Source: an uncultured virus (IMG/VR IMGVR_UViG_3300025652_000046)
Lineage: Duplodnaviria; Heunggongvirae; Uroviricota; Caudoviricetes
DNA: 64,000 nt
Virus record (IMG/VR): IMGVR_UViG_3300025652_000046
Direction: 5' to 3' (one strand)
Shown: in pieces, positions 37,171 to 46,266 of the stretch
Layout: every line of letters begins with the position of its first letter
How positions within the stretch are numbered: the stretch's first letter is position 1
The notes under the pieces: generated by a model
Told to the model about the DNA's origin: nothing
What the model saw: only the letters and a program-made list of their open reading frames with translations
Databases searched by the model: none
Program-made: the position numbers and the translations under genes

Positions 37171-37194
37171 AAATGTCTCCTTGTTAGTGGGTAT

Positions 37195-37671
37195 CTAGAT
37201 TGTTGGAAGGGCTGGCCAGATTACGTCATCTAGTCGCGCTGTTGATGTAGCTATAGTAGAAGGTAAATCCCTTAGCTGTTGTCTATAAACTGCTGCTTCC
37301 TGCTGTTGTATCGATGAAAGGGGAGAGTCCGGGAGTATCATCCAGTCTGTCTCTAAGAGCTTGAAATCTCTCGTCACTCTCACCTCTGCTAAGAATGCAT
37401 CAGTATCCCAACTCCAACCGTGAGGTTCTAAAGTTGTGTCCCAGAATGACCAAGGGTTAGGAGGGAAAGGTACCTGCTTCCACCAATCAGTTTCGTCACT
37501 CCATATATAGGTTCTTAGGAATTCTGAGATGTCAGCTGCTTCTTCTAAGCTGTATACTCTGTGGATAGTCAAGCCGTCTACTTGTGTACCGTCTTCTCCA
37601 TAACTTCCTGAGTCAACTTGTGTTATTTGTATTACGCCTGAATCATCATGTAATGCTATTAAAGGTATCAT
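37195..37671 (-). CDS. Tail fibre assembly chaperone-like protein
   Basis: RD..L.ETDW..LPDSP....YRQQLRDLP....WP. Confidence 0.85.
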   Translation of the reverse strand: MIPLIALHDDSGVIQITQVDSGSYGEDGTQVDGLTIHRVYSLEEAADISEFLRTYIWSDETDWWKQVPFPPNPWSFWDTTLEPHGWSWDTDAFLAEVRVTRDFKLLETDWMILPDSPLSSIQQQEAAVYRQQLRDLPSTIATSTARLDDVIWPALPTI

Positions 37672-37697
37672 ATTTTTATCCTGTTAATTATTTATGT

Positions 37698-38426
37698 TTA
37701 AAAAGGTTTACCACGTATCAGGTATTCGCTAGCGTATCGTGTATAAGTACCAAGAACGCTTTGCTGCCCAAAGTGAGAGATACCAACACCTGAGAAAGTA
37801 TTAGGCGAAGGTCCTGCTGCATTGTAACTTCCTGTGGTGTTAGAAAAAACCATACCTATACTACCGAGGGCACCACCTCCTGATACCATGCCAAATCCTG
37901 CCGCAGGGTACCACTCATCATTATTTATTGTACCGAAAGTGCTAGTGTGGGTAAAACGAGTAGTCCACATGTTATCCACTTGTATTTGATTTGCCGAAAC
38001 AAAAGATCTACTATCAAAAGTCTTGATGGTATAAGCTCCTGACACAGTGTAGGCCTGTAAACCATAGTCTCCTGTAGGAGAATCATTAGTCATAGGCCGA
38101 ACTACTACGTAGTCTACAGTTGTGGGTGTAGTACCGAGGTATCCAACAATGTGAAACTGGAGCTTATAACGTAGAGGACTGGTGGTCCACGTAAAAGACC
38201 TCCCTGTAACTTGAAACATTACGCCCGAGGAAACTGTACCTGTGGGTCTAAAGAGCACTACGTCTCCTGGTTCATATATAACACCTGCGGCACCGTCAGT
38301 AGGGGTATAAGTATTCACGCTAGCAACTGTACCTGACTGTACTGTACATACTCCTTGATAATATTCAGTACTATCAAAGAGTTTAGCACCTGTTGTTCCT
38401 GAAAATGTTTGTATTCCAAATCCCAT
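37698..38426 (-). CDS. Tail tip-associated protein
   Basis: two (F/Y)G(I/L)Q....G....FDS repeats; located in the tail cluster. Confidence 0.65.
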   Translation of the reverse strand: MGFGIQTFSGTTGAKLFDSTEYYQGVCTVQSGTVASVNTYTPTDGAAGVIYEPGDVVLFRPTGTVSSGVMFQVTGRSFTWTTSPLRYKLQFHIVGYLGTTPTTVDYVVVRPMTNDSPTGDYGLQAYTVSGAYTIKTFDSRSFVSANQIQVDNMWTTRFTHTSTFGTINNDEWYPAAGFGMVSGGGALGSIGMVFSNTTGSYNAAGPSPNTFSGVGISHFGQQSVLGTYTRYASEYLIRGKPF

Positions 38427-38428
38427 AA

Positions 38429-38728
38429 TTACCTCGTAAATGCTACATAAAAGAACACTTGACTACTAGTTGCCGTATTCTTGATTTTAAAACCGTCAGT
38501 GATCCTGTTTAGTATCTCATAGTTATCAACAACAGGGGAAGTTAGACTAGGGGTAGGTGCCTCATATACGTATATGTAGTCCACTGCTACTGCAATAATG
38601 TTTGCAGAAGTAACCCCTGCTGCCAATGAAACTTCACCGCTGGCGGTCACTTTTAAAAAGTCATCCATAACAGAGCTATCGAAGGCTAAGTAACCACCAG
38701 CATCGAAGCATTGTAAACCGTATGCCAT
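38429..38728 (-). CDS. Small tail tip-associated protein
   Basis: MAYGLQCFDA.G...FDS, a type commonly found after gpJ-like genes. Confidence 0.65.
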   Translation of the reverse strand: MAYGLQCFDAGGYLAFDSSVMDDFLKVTASGEVSLAAGVTSANIIAVAVDYIYVYEAPTPSLTSPVVDNYEILNRITDGFKIKNTATSSQVFFYVAFTR

Positions 38729-39621
38729 TCTTGTATCCTCCTATTGTGTAATCTGTTTTCTTCTTTTAAACCTTTCATGTGAGCTAATAGAACTCTCATC
38801 CATTTTATAAAACCTACACCATCCCCAGCATAGCTTGTTGCAACTGCAACCCCTGAGATTCTACCATCATACATGTAAGTAGGACGGGATTCATCATGGT
38901 ATACTAATGTAAGAACTTCTCTTTCGTGTAAATCTTTTAATTCTAAGTACTGGAAAGTGTCTTCTCCAACTATGAGGTCTTTGTTATACCTCACTTGTAA
39001 GGTTTTCTTTGACATGAAAACAACACGAGCGGCGAGTTCGTCTATGCCCATTCCATACTCTAATAAACTAATATACTCTTTAAAATCTGGCTTAGCCTCA
39101 GCCAAATTATCGTGCCCTAAGAGGCCTCCTTTCTTTAGAATAGACCAGTCTACTACCGTGGCAGCAATTGCTGTTTTCATAGGAAGGGTATCAGGGTCTA
39201 AGTGCTGTCTACTAGAGTCTACAAGAAGAGAACGTGTTACCAAGTTATCGGGCCAGGAAACAGTTATAGCTCTACTCAAGACTACTGCATCTGGTGGACT
39301 GTCGGAGGCGGCTAGCTCTTTATAGAATTTTACACCTCTATTTGTTAGATAGTCATCACCATCAATTAGTACCGAGTAGTCATTCTCATCCTTCTCAAAT
39401 TGATCTAGGAAAGAGTTTTTACCAGTAGCTGCGGTACCATCACTGTCTGTTATGAAACAGCGAATACCTTCTTCTTCACAATAAGCTTCTGCGGCAGCTT
39501 GGTGCTCTTTATCTAGGGTATTTATTATTACTGTAGTGTCTTCTTTATCTAAAGTTCTAAACTGCCTCTTTAGAGCATATATGTTGTGACTTGTTAATAC
39601 ATAGAATATTCTAGCCTGCAT
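38686..39621 (-). CDS. GT-A fold glycosyltransferase-like protein
   Basis: GKNS, Y..LIDGDDYL (DxD), later GED; start taken at MQARIF. Confidence 0.7.
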   Translation of the reverse strand: MQARIFYVLTSHNIYALKRQFRTLDKEDTTVIINTLDKEHQAAAEAYCEEEGIRCFITDSDGTAATGKNSFLDQFEKDENDYSVLIDGDDYLTNRGVKFYKELAASDSPPDAVVLSRAITVSWPDNLVTRSLLVDSSRQHLDPDTLPMKTAIAATVVDWSILKKGGLLGHDNLAEAKPDFKEYISLLEYGMGIDELAARVVFMSKKTLQVRYNKDLIVGEDTFQYLELKDLHEREVLTLVYHDESRPTYMYDGRISGVAVATSYAGDGVGFIKWMRVLLAHMKGLKEENRLHNRRIQEWHTVYNASMLVVT

Positions 39622-41512
39622 AGTATTCACCTTCTCCTTGATAACGGGCAGACCATACAACTAAGCCATATTTAGTCCCTGATTTCATAGGGAGGCTTTC
39701 GTGAGGGTGAGTCACCTGGGCGGGCCACATTATAAGTTCGCCTGCTGCGTGATTACCGTTGTTCATTTTCTGGCGTGGGAAGTTTAATTCACCACCTTCG
39801 AAGTCAGCATTTAGCTTACAAGCAAAGCTCACTTGGGACATATCGTGGTGCAGGGGTAAAGAGGTCTGCGACTCGCTTGAGTATTTAATTACAAAACAAT
39901 CTCGCAACCCATGCATCTTCAAACACGGCCAATTATTTTGTGCTATTGGGGTTAATGTGTCGTTGAATAGTGCTCTGAACTCTTGTATAAAGCTTTGATC
40001 CTTTAATTGATTCAATCGAATCTCTTGGCCAGGGTACTGATCTCCTGGGAGCGATTCCCAGTTACCATCAGCTTCACAAGCGTCAATCAATCGTCTACAC
40101 CAAGCCTCAGGGATTAACCCGTTGATACCTAGTATCTCTTGGCCCACCGTAAGTTGCTTGTATTCAGGATGGCGAGTGTCTCTTAAAAGACCATTGGTAG
40201 TAGTATACAAATCTTCGAATATCTGTTTAGTCTCTTCACCACCGTTACCATGTATTACACAAGTGGTACAACGGTTCTCTGAGTTTATGATCCAACCACT
40301 GTCTAAGCGAATAGAGTTTTCCGATGCGGATAAGCAAAAGAAAATGTAGCTCTCGTGATCTAGTACAGCGTTATACATTCCTGTTACGAATTGTTTTTGT
40401 ACGTATAACTGATCATCCTCGTGGTTCTCTATAGGTGCTGAGAACATTTTACGTAGTTCTCTTACTGTACCAATAAACGTACCACTGTTTAAAAACCTGT
40501 AACCGTTATTCGGTTGTGGAAAATGTACTTCCATTGAGGTATCTGGCCAGCAAAGTTTCTCTGCGGAGAACACAATCTCCTTACCAAAGCTATAGTACCT
40601 TTCCATTATAACATCTTCATCAACATTTATGAATGTGTCATATCCATCTAGAAACATAACAACATCGTTGTCATTAAGGGTCTCTAAATGCTTTTTAATT
40701 AGATTAATTTTCTGACCACCGCCTGGGCCAAGTGCCATGTTGCCACCTTCCCACTTAACACCCGCACCTAAGTTAGTGATGTTATAGCGTTTGTCGTCTG
40801 TTAGTTTACGAGTTTTGCTCTCGTCTGTTCCTACTGTTATTACATGTAGCATGTGATCTTCCCATATATCTGTTAATGATTCAGTTTCGCTCGTATCAAA
40901 AGCGCCCGGCTCAGGGTCAATAATGTTGTCCCTGAATGCCGCTGCTTTAAAGTATAGTTTTTGATTTAGTGCTTCCCACCTATGTTGATCTAGTATCGCG
41001 GGGAGTACTTCATCCGCAGGAATAAGGGGGTTATTCTTGCAGTAGTCTAGTAACGCCTTTGCTACCTTTGGTTTTATATAGTAAGCGTTAGTCCAGTAGC
41101 AAAAGCCACCTGTTTCAAGAAGAGCATCTAGCTGTACAGCCTCTCCTGAAACATGATTCTTACTCAAGTATAGAAAATCGTAAGTATCAGAGTAACCCTG
41201 CACAAGCGCCTGGTAGTCTCTGTTATTAATTACACAATCGTCTTCTAACACTATAATACCTTCGTTTGCTGCTACACAAATCTCCCAAATTTTAATATGA
41301 GATAAGATACACCCTACTTCACCTTTAGTCATACGCCGATTGTGATAAGGATCTCTCCAATAACGATCTGACGTATAGGGCATTATAGAAGAGGGAGTGT
41401 GTTCCTTACCATCAACCGCTGGAATACGGTAGGCGTTAGGGAAGAGCTTTTCCGTTTTAGCCCGTTTGTCCTTACACCGATCGAGGTTAATAAAAAACTC
41501 TTTTATCGACAT
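39611..41512 (-). CDS. Three-domain collagen-modifying enzyme: GT25 (COLGALT-like) + PLOD-type glycosyltransferase + 2OG-Fe(II) lysyl hydroxylase
   Basis: RDPYHNRRMTKGEVGCILSH/EDD/YWT.AY/PADEVLP; W.GG....GGGQK/MFLDGYD/FSAE..CWP/FLNSG.FIG/DDQL; FVIKY...Q.SL.LHHD/FEGG/THPHE.LP..GTKY. Confidence 0.9.
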   Translation of the reverse strand: MSIKEFFINLDRCKDKRAKTEKLFPNAYRIPAVDGKEHTPSSIMPYTSDRYWRDPYHNRRMTKGEVGCILSHIKIWEICVAANEGIIVLEDDCVINNRDYQALVQGYSDTYDFLYLSKNHVSGEAVQLDALLETGGFCYWTNAYYIKPKVAKALLDYCKNNPLIPADEVLPAILDQHRWEALNQKLYFKAAAFRDNIIDPEPGAFDTSETESLTDIWEDHMLHVITVGTDESKTRKLTDDKRYNITNLGAGVKWEGGNMALGPGGGQKINLIKKHLETLNDNDVVMFLDGYDTFINVDEDVIMERYYSFGKEIVFSAEKLCWPDTSMEVHFPQPNNGYRFLNSGTFIGTVRELRKMFSAPIENHEDDQLYVQKQFVTGMYNAVLDHESYIFFCLSASENSIRLDSGWIINSENRCTTCVIHGNGGEETKQIFEDLYTTTNGLLRDTRHPEYKQLTVGQEILGINGLIPEAWCRRLIDACEADGNWESLPGDQYPGQEIRLNQLKDQSFIQEFRALFNDTLTPIAQNNWPCLKMHGLRDCFVIKYSSESQTSLPLHHDMSQVSFACKLNADFEGGELNFPRQKMNNGNHAAGELIMWPAQVTHPHESLPMKSGTKYGLVVWSARYQGEGEYYAG

Positions 41513-41577
41513 TGTGGACCCTCTTCTAACTGTAGATTCTTTCTCATATCATTATTCCTTATATTTAGTTTAAATTA

Positions 41578-44500
41578 TTAGGCCAGGTTGCCTATCTTAA
41601 CACGGATGACTCCTGTGCCATCTCTGATTTCAATACGGTTACTAGCACCATTCATATTTATAGAGTTATTACCAGTACCATTAGATACGGTGCTTAGCTT
41701 AACCCAAGTACCCACATCATTGTACACCCACATCTGGTCTGTTTGTATGTGCCAGTAGATATCGTATTCTTGTACAGGGGAGCCCTTAATAGCAAGGATC
41801 ATCGCAGCGGCTTCTGTAGGGTTAGCTATTGATGCACCTGTATCGATAGCAACAGTAGCGCCGGAATCTCCAGTGTCCCCTGTAGCACCTATGACCCCCT
41901 GAGGGCCAGTTGGTCCTTTAAGACCTTTAACACCTTGTGGACCTTGGAGACCTTGAAGACCTTGAAGACCTTTGAGACCTTTGAGACCTTGGGCACCTTG
42001 TGCACCTTGGAGACCTTGGAAACCTTGGAGACCTATGATACCTTTGAGACCTTTCTGACCTTGAAGACCTTGGAGACCTTGAAGACCTTGTGGACCTAAG
42101 ATACCTTTGAGACCTTTCTGACCTTGGAGACCTTGGAGACCTTGAAGACCTTGGAGACCTGTAATACCTTTGAGACCTTTCTGACCTTGAAGACCTTGGA
42201 GACCTTGAAGACCTTGTGGACCTAAGATACCTTTGAGACCTTTCTGACCTTGGAGACCTTGGAGACCTTGAAGACCTTGGAGACCTGTAATACCTTTGAG
42301 ACCTTTCTGACCTTGAAGACCCTGGAGACCTTGAAGACCTTGTGGACCTAAGATACCTTTGTCACCTTGGAGACCTTGGAGACCTTGGGCACCTTGTACA
42401 CCTTGTACACCCTTGACGCCAATAACACCTTGTTCCCCTTTAGCACCAGTTGGACCTTGAGCACCCTCTACTGTGAACGGGCCTGTGAAATCAGCAACCG
42501 TAATGTTAACAGCCGCATCAGTAACAGCATATCTCTGCCATCTTATACTAGTAACACCACCAGGTACCTGAGTAGGATTTGGCCACCAGAAGTAAGTACC
42601 TCCAGCAGTTGCCCACTGATTCGAAGACAACGGAGCAGTACCCGCTATGTCTAAGTCTGAAATTATTTCTTCAAAAGATATATCAGTGATGGCTAGATTT
42701 TGCGTATAAACGGAACAATCGAAACGGTAAGTACCACTTGGTGCAGCTGAGGAAGTGTATATTACAATCCCATTTTTTAAGTAGGTTACTACGGTTCCAT
42801 CATTTACTACAGCAAGAATATCTCCAGGTAGATAAGTAGTAACTGGAGTACCACTTATATTGACTCCTTCTTCAAAAATCCATAAGGAGTTACTAGCCCC
42901 ATAAATAGCATAGTCGATTTTGTCGAAGTCAGGATCAGTACCTGGATCATTAGACATACCAAATATAACTTGTTTAGTTGGTGTGCCAGCGGTAGTGTCT
43001 GGAAAAGTAGCTGTAGAAGTACAAGTAGTATAAGCCTGTGGCGAATAAGCACCTGCATTCCAATCTGGGCTAACCGATGTTTTGGTAAACGTGGTACCAA
43101 CCATGCTACCCGTGGCAATATTTGAAGTGACAAAGGTAGTTGCCTCTGGCTCTAAATAGTCTATCGGAGCGTTAGTGTAATAGGAGAAGTTAGTTTCTCC
43201 GGTATTACCTACAGCGCCCTGTAAACCTTGACCACCTTGTGGACCTTGAGGACCTTGTACACCTTTGATACCAATGTCACCTTTCTGACCTTGGAGACCT
43301 TGGGCACCTTGGAGACCTTGTGAACCTAAGATACCTTTGAGACCCTTGTCACCTTGGAGACCCTGGAGACCTTGTGGACCTAAAACACCTTTGATACCTT
43401 TGTCACCCTGGAGACCTTGTAGACCTTGGAGACCTTGGAGACCTTGGGCACCTAAGATACCTTTGAGACCCTTGTCACCTTGAAGACCCTGGAGACCTTG
43501 AAGACCTAAAACACCTTTGATACCCTTGTCACCTTGTAGACCTTGTAGACCTTGGAGACCTTGGAGACCTTGGGCACCTAAGATACCTTTGAGACCCTTG
43601 TCACCTTGAAGACCCTGAAGACCTTGAAGACCTAAAACACCTTTGATACCCTTGTCACCTTGTAGACCTTGAAGACCTTGGGCACCTTGGAGACCTTGGA
43701 AACCTATGATACCCTTGATACCTTTGTCACCTTGGAGGCCTTGGGCACCTTGTAGACCTTGGAAACCTAAGATACCTTTGAGGCCTTTGTCACCTTGGAG
43801 ACCTTGTTCACCTTGGAGACCTTGGAAACCTACGATACCTTTGAGACCTTTATCACCTTGTTCACCTTGGAGACCTTGTATGCCTTTATCTCCTATCTCA
43901 CCTTTAACGCCTTGGTCACCTGGGATACCTTGGGTACCTTGGATACCTTTAACGCCCTCAGGCCCTAAGTCTCCTTTGACTCCCTCAGCACCTTTGAGGC
44001 TGATATTAGAAACGTTTACAGGTCCAATTACAACTGAGTTGGTAGACCTCTTTCCTGTTAGGCTAACTGACCTAATACGGTAGTATATATCAAGCTGCGG
44101 GTTTCCGGGTATGTGGTAAGTTATCTCATTTGAGGTTTCACTAATAGTTACCCATTGGTTGTCATCTGTGGCAGCATTCTCACGAGCTTCAACAATATAC
44201 TTGTCTACTTGGCTGCCGAACACATCTCCATCCCAACGAATAAATACCCGTTGTTTATCTTCATCTACATAGTAACCAGTCACTGTATCAGTGTCTAAGT
44301 CTATTACTGGAATAGCGGTGTTAGATATGAATGGTGGGAAGGTCTTGTAACTAACGATAGGTGGATATGTACTGGCTACCGTATCTGCTATGTTCCATGA
44401 CAAATCAGTAGCGTTAACACGGAAAGCCTCAATCCTTACGGTCATGTTCTCAGTAAGGGTAACTCCTGTTACCAATGCGGTATCGTCATCACTTGTTAGA

Positions 44501-46266
44501 TCATTTAGAACTGAGTTGAACTTTATGTAGTCACCCGGTTCCAGATTGTAGGCCTCAGCGAATGTCTCAAATTCATATATGACAGAGCGCCTGGACTCAC
44601 GAACAAATTGCTCTGCTCTTGAAGTAGCGTGGTAAGGGTCTACGATAGCGTCTATAGTTAGCGCAGCATTCAGTACAACCCCATTATCCTCAGCTAAGAG
44701 TTGGTCATGTAGAGCAGAGCCTGTTGGAGGCCAAGTAGCACTTGCTGAACTAAAATCTTCTTGCTCATTTCTATAATTGACTGTACACTGGTTCAAACGT
44801 TCTGTGGCTTTAGGATAGCTAATTTTAATCTCTGATGTACGTAATATGTCATCTGTGATTATAAGGGTACCCTCTGCGCTAGCTTTTAGTTCAGCTTGGG
44901 TTGCAGGGTACTGTAGCTGTAGCTTATACTTGCCTTCCGACCATACCAGATCCGCATTACCCATACCCAGTAGAATCTCATCTACGTTATCCCTTACAGG
45001 TTTTGATGGATCTAGAGTTACATTACACTCGTATAACGGTAGTGTATCTGCTGGTGTTATCGTCTCTACCCATACCAGTGAGGATTCCTGTACAAGGAAC
45101 TCAGTATTGATATCAATAACATCCGCATTAGGACCTGGGACGATACTTGATATTGGTATATTGAAAGTATTAGTAGACGCCTCATAGTAAGCGCCAACGG
45201 TTTCGGTTATGCTGTATATATTGTCTCCACCTCTATGGAACGACAAACCGCCTGCATCTGAAGCGGCAAACACACCTGTGCCATTAATGAAGTCTGTTCC
45301 AAAGTCCTCTATACTTACCTCAACATCATTACTAGATTCAAGCTCTAAGTAGTCAACATTCTGCTGAGTGGACAAATTCACACCCGATGCATGCCACGAA
45401 GGTGACGTTGCGCTATCGAAGTAATTACCGCCATCAATCTTACCTTGTCGTGCGAATCCGCCCAGCCCTAACTCAGGGTTGACAGTCGAAGCACAAAGGA
45501 CAGCGGCATTATAGAAGGACTCTAGGTTAACATCTTCTAATGCTAGCCCCATGCCGTAGTGGGCAGTCAAGTAATCTAGTAGTACCAGCGCAGCGTTGTT
45601 AGAATATGTTAAAGTACCTGCACGATTATAAGAATAGAAATAAGCACCAGGACTACCAATCCTCCCGATATTAGGAATCTTCTTTCCTTTTATGAAGAAG
45701 CTCATAGCTGGTATACCAGAGTACTGAGGTTCATTATTGTCTAAGTGGAATATACCAGTACAATAGGCAATCTCTGTAAACTTGTTATTAGCATTCATAC
45801 CATTGGCAGTGGCCAAGGGGTCAGCTATCCCTCCGTCTGGGAAGGTACGTAGCATCTGCCCGAAATGCAGGGATTCATTATGGAAGTCTTGATCATCTAC
45901 TTCTATATGTGTAAAGCTTTCTATACCTCCCTGACATACAGCATATTGGCATGTTAAGAACTGGTTACGCCTTGATTTTGATTTGCTGTGAGTTATACTG
46001 GCACCCATGTCTCTAACAGACCACTGCTTAGTCCCTGCTGGTAGTGTACCGTCATACGTATAAGAAGAGGATGTTTTTGCTGCGGTAAGTACTGCTCCTA
46101 CTTTGTTCCTACCGTAGCATATGGGAAGGGACCGTGTTTCACCAGTGACGGTTGCTAGGAAGCCTTTACGCGCTTGCGCATCTGCCTCCATCCTTTTTTT
46201 CATTTTGGCTTGTTTCGAGTAAGTGAATACCGCAGAAACAATTGCTATTACAAGACTCCATGCCAT
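41578..46266 (-). CDS. Tail tip / central fibre protein (gpJ-like) with FN3-like domain and two collagen tracts
   Basis: LPICYGR, SNNAALVLLDYL...YG.G, LEPGDYI, YYRIRSV..G..S; Gly-X-Y tracts; C-terminal RVKIGNL; follows the Dit and gpL-like genes. Confidence 0.88.
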   Translation of the reverse strand: MAWSLVIAIVSAVFTYSKQAKMKKRMEADAQARKGFLATVTGETRSLPICYGRNKVGAVLTAAKTSSSYTYDGTLPAGTKQWSVRDMGASITHSKSKSRRNQFLTCQYAVCQGGIESFTHIEVDDQDFHNESLHFGQMLRTFPDGGIADPLATANGMNANNKFTEIAYCTGIFHLDNNEPQYSGIPAMSFFIKGKKIPNIGRIGSPGAYFYSYNRAGTLTYSNNAALVLLDYLTAHYGMGLALEDVNLESFYNAAVLCASTVNPELGLGGFARQGKIDGGNYFDSATSPSWHASGVNLSTQQNVDYLELESSNDVEVSIEDFGTDFINGTGVFAASDAGGLSFHRGGDNIYSITETVGAYYEASTNTFNIPISSIVPGPNADVIDINTEFLVQESSLVWVETITPADTLPLYECNVTLDPSKPVRDNVDEILLGMGNADLVWSEGKYKLQLQYPATQAELKASAEGTLIITDDILRTSEIKISYPKATERLNQCTVNYRNEQEDFSSASATWPPTGSALHDQLLAEDNGVVLNAALTIDAIVDPYHATSRAEQFVRESRRSVIYEFETFAEAYNLEPGDYIKFNSVLNDLTSDDDTALVTGVTLTENMTVRIEAFRVNATDLSWNIADTVASTYPPIVSYKTFPPFISNTAIPVIDLDTDTVTGYYVDEDKQRVFIRWDGDVFGSQVDKYIVEARENAATDDNQWVTISETSNEITYHIPGNPQLDIYYRIRSVSLTGKRSTNSVVIGPVNVSNISLKGAEGVKGDLGPEGVKGIQGTQGIPGDQGVKGEIGDKGIQGLQGEQGDKGLKGIVGFQGLQGEQGLQGDKGLKGILGFQGLQGAQGLQGDKGIKGIIGFQGLQGAQGLQGLQGDKGIKGVLGLQGLQGLQGDKGLKGILGAQGLQGLQGLQGLQGDKGIKGVLGLQGLQGLQGDKGLKGILGAQGLQGLQGLQGLQGDKGIKGVLGPQGLQGLQGDKGLKGILGSQGLQGAQGLQGQKGDIGIKGVQGPQGPQGGQGLQGAVGNTGETNFSYYTNAPIDYLEPEATTFVTSNIATGSMVGTTFTKTSVSPDWNAGAYSPQAYTTCTSTATFPDTTAGTPTKQVIFGMSNDPGTDPDFDKIDYAIYGASNSLWIFEEGVNISGTPVTTYLPGDILAVVNDGTVVTYLKNGIVIYTSSAAPSGTYRFDCSVYTQNLAITDISFEEIISDLDIAGTAPLSSNQWATAGGTYFWWPNPTQVPGGVTSIRWQRYAVTDAAVNITVADFTGPFTVEGAQGPTGAKGEQGVIGVKGVQGVQGAQGLQGLQGDKGILGPQGLQGLQGLQGQKGLKGITGLQGLQGLQGLQGQKGLKGILGPQGLQGLQGLQGQKGLKGITGLQGLQGLQGLQGQKGLKGILGPQGLQGLQGLQGQKGLKGIIGLQGFQGLQGAQGAQGLKGLKGLQGLQGLQGPQGVKGLKGPTGPQGVIGATGDTGDSGATVAIDTGASIANPTEAAAMILAIKGSPVQEYDIYWHIQTDQMWVYNDVGTWVKLSTVSNGTGNNSINMNGASNRIEIRDGTGVIRVKIGNLA
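41854..42465 (-). repeat. Collagen tract 2 (about 68 Gly-X-Y triplets)
   Basis: 9-nt tandem units with 63/126-nt higher-order period. Confidence 0.95.
43192..43992 (-). repeat. Collagen tract 1 (about 89 Gly-X-Y triplets)
   Basis: GLQ/GDK/GLK/GIK/GIL triplets. Confidence 0.95.

Noticed and set aside
41854..43992. Dense short tandem repeats resembling a CRISPR array or satellite
   Set aside because: No unique spacers; 9-nt units encode in-frame Gly-X-Y collagen
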